This document shows positions 59,995 through 64,000 of a stretch of 64,000 bases of DNA, in pieces. Below the pieces are notes generated by a model that saw only the letters and a list, made by a program, of their open reading frames with translations, ran no database searches and was not told where the DNA came from. The position numbers and the translations under genes were made by a program. The first letter of the stretch is position 1. Each line of letters starts with the position of its first letter. The DNA lies in contig JBEKCO010000002.1 in NCBI GenBank assembly GCA_050014835.1, positions 3,133 to 67,132 of the forward strand, read 5' to 3'. This DNA is from Acidimicrobiales bacterium. Lineage in GTDB: Bacteria; Actinomycetota; Acidimicrobiia; Acidimicrobiales; Bog-793.

Positions 59995-60537
59995 TCAGCC
60001 CCTTTCGGTAGGTACGGCGAAGGATCCGGTCGTCAGTTCGGCGAGGTCGCCTTGCCTGCCAGTGAGAGCAGCGGCGACGGCGAGGCGGGCGTCGGGGTGC
60101 GGCTCGAGAGCGGCGAGGATGCGAGACCGGAGCTCGATCCACTCCGGCGAGGCGGCGACGTTGAGGACGTTCACGACGGGCCGCTCGTTCAGCTCGCCGG
60201 TGATCTTGGCGATCGTCTCGAGGGTCATTCGCAACTGTCCGAGCAGCTGGGCGCCGGCGACAAGCGAGCCTTTCCGTTCGGCCCGGTCTAGGAGACGGTT
60301 CGCCCGGTCGATGACCTCCTCGAGCCGGTCCATGATCGACACGGCGCTCGCATCGGCCGCCCGGCGACGAGCGAGACGGATCACCGCCGGCGTGATGTGG
60401 TTCGCCTTGTGGCGCTTCAGCGCGTCGGGGTGGAGACCGTGACGACCGGCGATCGCGGCGAAGGTGTCACCGCCGACGAGCTCGAGGTCGATCGCGTCGC
60501 GGGCACCGTGCGAGCAGACGGAGCAGGGGCGAGGCAT
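59995..60537 (-). CDS. terminase small subunit-like protein (CxxC + HTH N-terminus)
   Basis: MPRPCSVCSHGARDAIDLELVGGDTFAAIAGRHGLHPDALKRHKANHI… followed by a helical region. This N-terminus is typical of proteins annotated TerS in actinophages, from memory. Confidence 0.55.
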   Translation of the reverse strand: MPRPCSVCSHGARDAIDLELVGGDTFAAIAGRHGLHPDALKRHKANHITPAVIRLARRRAADASAVSIMDRLEEVIDRANRLLDRAERKGSLVAGAQLLGQLRMTLETIAKITGELNERPVVNVLNVAASPEWIELRSRILAALEPHPDARLAVAAALTGRQGDLAELTTGSFAVPTERG

Positions 60538-60620
60538 CAGGCGACCCTCGATTCGCGGGATTCGCACCGGATCGGCGCTTCAGCGCGATTCGGGCGCGAA
60601 AGCGTGAAAGGCGCCGCGGA

Positions 60621-60641
60621 CGCTGACATTCCGCTGACACG
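60621..60641 (+). repeat. 21-bp direct repeat copy 2 (CGCTGACATTCCGCTGACACG)
   Basis: It is identical to 53843..53863. It lies in the 190-bp gap between the DUF3631 gene and the TerS-like gene. On the minus strand it sits about 25 nt downstream of a TTGACT element and 84 nt upstream of ATG 60537. Confidence 0.9.
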
Positions 60642-60757
60642 GTGGCGACGAGCAGGGATTTTCACGGCGCTAGCGGACCTACAGTCAACAGGTCGTGCCA
60701 GGTCGACCACGCGGTGAAAGCGAGGGGTCGCTGCGCGCTTAGTGCTAGCAGGCGTCG

Positions 60758-62035
60758 TCATTGGTCGGTCTCCGCGAACAGGGAATCGAGATCCTCGTCG
60801 TCGATGGGCGGTGCATCGTCGAACGTTGCTTGTGACGGTGTGACGCTTGTGACGTTCGCTATAGGGGACTGTCCTACGGTCACCGGATCGGTCTCGGATC
60901 CCCTAGGACTGCCTACATAGGTAGCCGTCACATCCGTCACCTCCGACACGGCCGGCAAGTAGCGGGACCACGGGTCGAACAGGTCGGCCCGCGAGTAGCC
61001 CTTGCTGGTACGGTCGCCGATCCGCACCGTGCGCGGCTTCACCTCGTAACGGGCGAGTCGCCTGGCAAGGCTGCGGGCGTCGAGCGGCTTGCCGCGGAGA
61101 TCGGCCCACGGCGCGTCCTCGAGTGCCACAAGCGCAGCGAGAATCTCCTCGGTGGACAGGTGTTCACGTTCACCAAAGACGGACCGGAGGTCGTCGAGGA
61201 GGCGGATGCCGAGAGACGGCGGTGCAGCTTTCGAGGCGGCGACAAGTGCCACGGCCGCACGGCGGGCTCGCTCCGGCCAGTCGTCGCCGGCCGCGTCCGC
61301 CACCGCGAGGAGCGCTTCCCAGACGTCGGCGTTGCGGTCCTCGATCCCCTCTGGCATCTCGGGCCACGAGTCGACCGGGATCGACGCGGCCCAGGCGGCG
61401 AGACCGTCGCGGATCGCGTTTCCCGTCGCCCGGTGGATCCGGTGACGGAAGGGCTCGATCATCTCAGTCGGGGAGCGGCGGCGCATGTGGATCACGACGG
61501 CCCGGGACATCAGCGTGTCGGGGAGGTCATTCAGCCCGGCGAGGGCGACCGCGCAGTAGGCGGGGAGCTCCTCCACCTCGACCGTTTTGCCGCGCACGAC
61601 GCAACGGCCGGCGACCGCGCCTTTACGGTGCCCGGCGTTCAGCATCCCGCGGACGTCCTCATTCTCTTTGGCGCGTGGGCCGAACACGGTGTCGATCTCG
61701 TCGTAGAGGATCGTCGGCAGGCCGGCCTCGTCCGAGACCTTGCGGAACAGGTAGGCGGGTGTCGTGTTGACCGCGTGGACCGGACGTGGCACGAGGAGCT
61801 CGGTCACCTCGAGCGCCCGACTCTTACCGCTGCCAGGCTCGGGGGACTCAAAGAAGATCCGCGGCGTCGACTCCCAGGCGTCCATCCGGTGCGTGTGCGC
61901 GGTCCAAAGGACATGGGCGACGCGGGCGTGCTCGGTCGGGTAGGCGATGAAGCGCGACAGGAACTCCTCGGTCTCGTCGAGCAGGTCGGCTCCGACGTTC
62001 GCCGCGATGCGATTGGCGCGGGTGCTAACCGACAT
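60758..62035 (-). CDS. DUF3631-like protein (replication/primase-associated protein of actinobacterial prophages such as phiRv-type elements)
   Basis: …FLSRFIAYPTEHARVAHVLWTAHTH…SPEPGSGKSRALEV…LYDEIDTVFGPRAKENEDVRGMLNAGHRKG… matches my recollection of DUF3631. ATG 62035 overlaps the upstream stop by 11 nt. Confidence 0.7.
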   Translation of the reverse strand: MSVSTRANRIAANVGADLLDETEEFLSRFIAYPTEHARVAHVLWTAHTHRMDAWESTPRIFFESPEPGSGKSRALEVTELLVPRPVHAVNTTPAYLFRKVSDEAGLPTILYDEIDTVFGPRAKENEDVRGMLNAGHRKGAVAGRCVVRGKTVEVEELPAYCAVALAGLNDLPDTLMSRAVVIHMRRRSPTEMIEPFRHRIHRATGNAIRDGLAAWAASIPVDSWPEMPEGIEDRNADVWEALLAVADAAGDDWPERARRAAVALVAASKAAPPSLGIRLLDDLRSVFGEREHLSTEEILAALVALEDAPWADLRGKPLDARSLARRLARYEVKPRTVRIGDRTSKGYSRADLFDPWSRYLPAVSEVTDVTATYVGSPRGSETDPVTVGQSPIANVTSVTPSQATFDDAPPIDDEDLDSLFAETDQ

Positions 62036-62231
62036 CGGCGTCGCTCCTCCGTAGGCCGCGCAGCGCCTCCTCGACGATCCGATCGGCGACGGCCTCCTCG
62101 ATCCCGAGTGCGTCGGCGAGCTCGAGCACTCCCTCGGCGACGCGGCGCGGATCACGGGTGAACCTCGCGACCTCGGCGACGACTTCGGCCAGCCGAGTCG
62201 GGTCGGCGATCAACTCGACGTCAGGACGCAT
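62025..62231 (-). CDS. hypothetical protein
   Basis: 68 aa, acidic. It overlaps both neighbours by 11 nt. Confidence 0.5.
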   Translation of the reverse strand: MRPDVELIADPTRLAEVVAEVARFTRDPRRVAEGVLELADALGIEEAVADRIVEEALRGLRRSDADVG

Positions 62232-62604
62232 GGCGGCTCTCCGATCGCCTCATGCACCCCGGGCGGTTGGCCTCGGCGAGCGCCTCGAACAGCTCGGGGT
62301 CGCGAAGAATCACGATCGGTTCAACCTCGTCGAGCACGGCCCGGATCTCGTCGGCGGTCGTGTCGTCGAGCAAGGGGAGCAGGCGGACGATGTTGGCGCG
62401 CGTCTCGGGGTCGGCGCCGCGGATCCGAAACACCTTCTCGAACATCTCCCAGCCGCGTGCGACGTCATCGGGGTCGTTCGGGTCAAGCGTGATAAGGCGC
62501 TTCACCGGTACGGGCGACGGAGCCTCAGCCGGGGCGGCGTGCATGGCGAGCACCGCCCGTGCTAGGCGCGGACGATCGGCGGCGTCGATCGGGCCGAACG
62601 TCAT
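62221..62604 (-). CDS. hypothetical protein
   Basis: ATG 62604 forms an ATGA overlap with the upstream stop. 127 aa. Confidence 0.5.
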   Translation of the reverse strand: MTFGPIDAADRPRLARAVLAMHAAPAEAPSPVPVKRLITLDPNDPDDVARGWEMFEKVFRIRGADPETRANIVRLLPLLDDTTADEIRAVLDEVEPIVILRDPELFEALAEANRPGCMRRSESRHAS

Positions 62605-62867
62605 CGGGCAACCTCTGCGGTTGCCCGGTTCACCCCCTCGGCACCGCCCGACAAGGTGCCGGGCGGGAGTGCAAGCGCGACCTCGACAGAGGCCGTCGCG
62701 TAGAGAATCTTCCGACCGCAATAGAGCGGCTCGAGTCCAAGCGGTCGGTTTCCATGTCTCAGACCCGAGTAGATCGCCCAGGCCGAAACGCCGGCGGCGG
62801 CGGCGACCTCAGGCACGGTCAGCGTGTGTCGCGTCGTGCGCGGCGTGAGAGTCGTCGTGGTCGTCAC
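62601..62867 (-). CDS. excisionase/MerR-like HTH (HTH_17-type) DNA-binding protein
   Basis: GTG 62867 overlaps the upstream TGA. …HTLTVPEVAAAAGVSAWAIYSGLRHG…CGRKILYATASVEVAL. Confidence 0.65.
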   Translation of the reverse strand: MTTTTTLTPRTTRHTLTVPEVAAAAGVSAWAIYSGLRHGNRPLGLEPLYCGRKILYATASVEVALALPPGTLSGGAEGVNRATAEVAR

Positions 62868-63124
62868 GACGCGTCCTCGCCGTTCGCCTTGAGCAGCGCA
62901 GACAAGGCGGCCCCATACCGTACGGCGAGCTGGCCCCGCGGCTGACGGCCGGTCTCTTCCCACCTCCAGACATTGACCTCGCTGGTTGCGACCATCCGCG
63001 CCAGCTCGCGACGGGAGAGGCCGGCCAGTTCTCGGATCCGGCGGCCGCCACCATCGCGGGCCAGCTGACGCGCCGTAGAGATCGCGAGGCCGTCGACAAT
63101 CGGGGTAGTGGCGCTCATGAGCAT
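62864..63124 (-). CDS. XRE-family HTH transcriptional regulator (Cro/CI-type)
   Basis: …IRELAGLSRRELARMVATSEVNVWRWEETGRQP…. It is the first gene of the long minus-strand operon. The start is ATG 63124, 63118, or TTG 63142. Confidence 0.75.
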   Translation of the reverse strand: MLMSATTPIVDGLAISTARQLARDGGGRRIRELAGLSRRELARMVATSEVNVWRWEETGRQPRGQLAVRYGAALSALLKANGEDAS

Positions 63125-63224
63125 GATGGTAGCCGCTGCCAACCCCTAACCTAACGATTTCATGGCTTGTGACCTGCGACGTTTATGCTCCTCGTGTGCG
63201 AGCCCGATTAACGTACAAGGGTCG

Positions 63225-63254
63225 TTGACAACACCTTTACCCAAGGATTACCCT
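63225..63254 (+). promoter_or_regulatory. candidate promoter for a leaderless rightward transcript
   Basis: TTGACA (63225..63230), an 18-nt spacer, then TACCCT (63249..63254, TANNNT type). The GTG of the rightward ORF begins 8 nt later at 63262. Confidence 0.45.
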
Positions 63255-63261
63255 GTGAGTC

Positions 63262-64000
63262 GTGGAGCTGCGGCGGGTACTGGGCCAATCGACTGAGACG
63301 ATCACCGCCAGGGACGGATCGCGTCGGCGCCTCCGTCTCACCTACGGTCTCGTCGACGATCGCCCGCAGGTCGTCGGAGTCGAATTGTGGGGCGCCGACC
63401 CGCAGCTCGTCGCCGACGAGCTCGCCGGGCGTGACGCGATCCTCGACACAGCCGAGCGCCTCACCGCGGAGCGGGACGCGGGCACGCTCTCAGCCGACGA
63501 GTGGCGCGACGCTCTCTGGCGGCTCATGAAGGCTGCTCTCTGCGGGCCGTGGTTGAACAATGGGACCGACGACAACGGCGAGCCGATCGTCCCGGCGATG
63601 ACGGCGCCCATAACGGCCGTCAGCATCCGCCTGCCGATCGGTCGCCTGCGCGACGAATGGACCGCTTCGATCCGGCGGCGTGAGGCGCTCTACAAGCGGG
63701 CCGTAGGTGCGCGCCGGGCGCATCCCGATCGGGAGCGGTTCACTCCCGAGGCGATCGAGCACGGCGAGCGTCTCGAAAGGGTCGCGGCTCACTTCGCTGC
63801 GGAAGCCGAGGCGATTCGCCCGAAGGACGGGCGCCGACGTGGCCGGCCCGCGTACGGCCGGGCGCACTTCGCGGAGGTTGCCCGGATCTACAGCGAGGCG
63901 ATCGCCGACGGCGACCGCGCACCGCGCGGGCGGGTCGCCGTGCAGATGAACGTCGACAAGTCGACGGCGGCAAAGTGGATCGCCAGGTGCCGGAGATTGG
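63262..64000 (+). CDS. hypothetical protein, 3' end beyond window (C-terminal HTH-like …NVDKSTAAKWIARCRRL)
   Basis: My own translation in frame 1 from GTG 63262 stays open to the window end at 64000: VELRRVLGQSTETITARDG…RLRLTYGLVDD…HFAEVARIYSEAIADGD…. It is absent from the track because no stop lies in the window. Confidence 0.55.
   Translation, partial: MELRRVLGQSTETITARDGSRRRLRLTYGLVDDRPQVVGVELWGADPQLVADELAGRDAILDTAERLTAERDAGTLSADEWRDALWRLMKAALCGPWLNNGTDDNGEPIVPAMTAPITAVSIRLPIGRLRDEWTASIRRREALYKRAVGARRAHPDRERFTPEAIEHGERLERVAAHFAAEAEAIRPKDGRRRGRPAYGRAHFAEVARIYSEAIADGDRAPRGRVAVQMNVDKSTAAKWIARCRRL

Larger units (their letters stand above)
53682..64000 (-). mobile_element. phage-derived integrated element (satellite-like / cryptic prophage), right end beyond window
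   Basis: It has a tRNA-derived junction at the left end, about 19 co-directional coupled ORFs, and TerS-like, TerL, DUF3631, Xis-like HTH, XRE and WhiB genes. No integrase, portal, capsid or tail gene was recognised in the visible 10.3 kb. Confidence 0.75.

Noticed and set aside
60642-60920. A 92-aa plus-strand ORF immediately downstream of repeat copy 2.
   Set aside because: It is antisense to the 3' end of the DUF3631 gene, Ser/Arg-rich, and has no RBS. An antisense RNA is possible but not supported by sequence alone.

Overview
High-GC actinobacterial-type chromosome segment; no finer taxonomic call is possible from sequence alone. It divides into three parts. (1) 1-50.5 kb is densely packed core metabolism. 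It holds an MBL/rhodanese protein, ALDH, ald, pirin, pfkA, a galK-galE-galT operon, smpB-ssrA (tmRNA), mec-cysO-cysM, murI-rph-rdgB and a GT4 glycosyltransferase. It also holds class II RNR nrdJ with an NrdR box, a tryptophanase-like lyase, kynureninase, a liv-type ABC operon, an MFS transporter, a stand-alone riboflavin kinase, a 1055-aa polytopic membrane protein, and a PotABCD-type ABC operon fused by 4-nt overlaps to glpD. Many long ORFs in the track are antisense shadows of these genes. (2) About 50.5-53.7 kb is a visibly lower-GC islet with three loosely spaced modification enzymes: a TGS1-like SPPWGG methyltransferase, an ANT(2'')/Lnu-type nucleotidyltransferase and a class I SAM methyltransferase. 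It ends in a short-repeat array. (3) 53.68 kb to the right edge is a phage-derived integrated element. It begins at a tRNA-Lys(CUU)-like junction and consists of about 19 co-directional, translationally coupled minus-strand ORFs. In order these are an XRE regulator, an Xis-like HTH, DUF3631, a TerS-like protein, an HTH protein, a CxxCxGxG protein, TerL split into ATPase and nuclease ORFs, a duplicated Cys/His module, a CBM5/12-like repeat protein, WhiB, and small membrane and basic proteins. No portal, capsid or tail genes follow TerL before the att junction, so I flag it as a satellite-like or phiRv-like element. The integrase and right end are not visible. All domain assignments are motif recognition from memory, not database searches.
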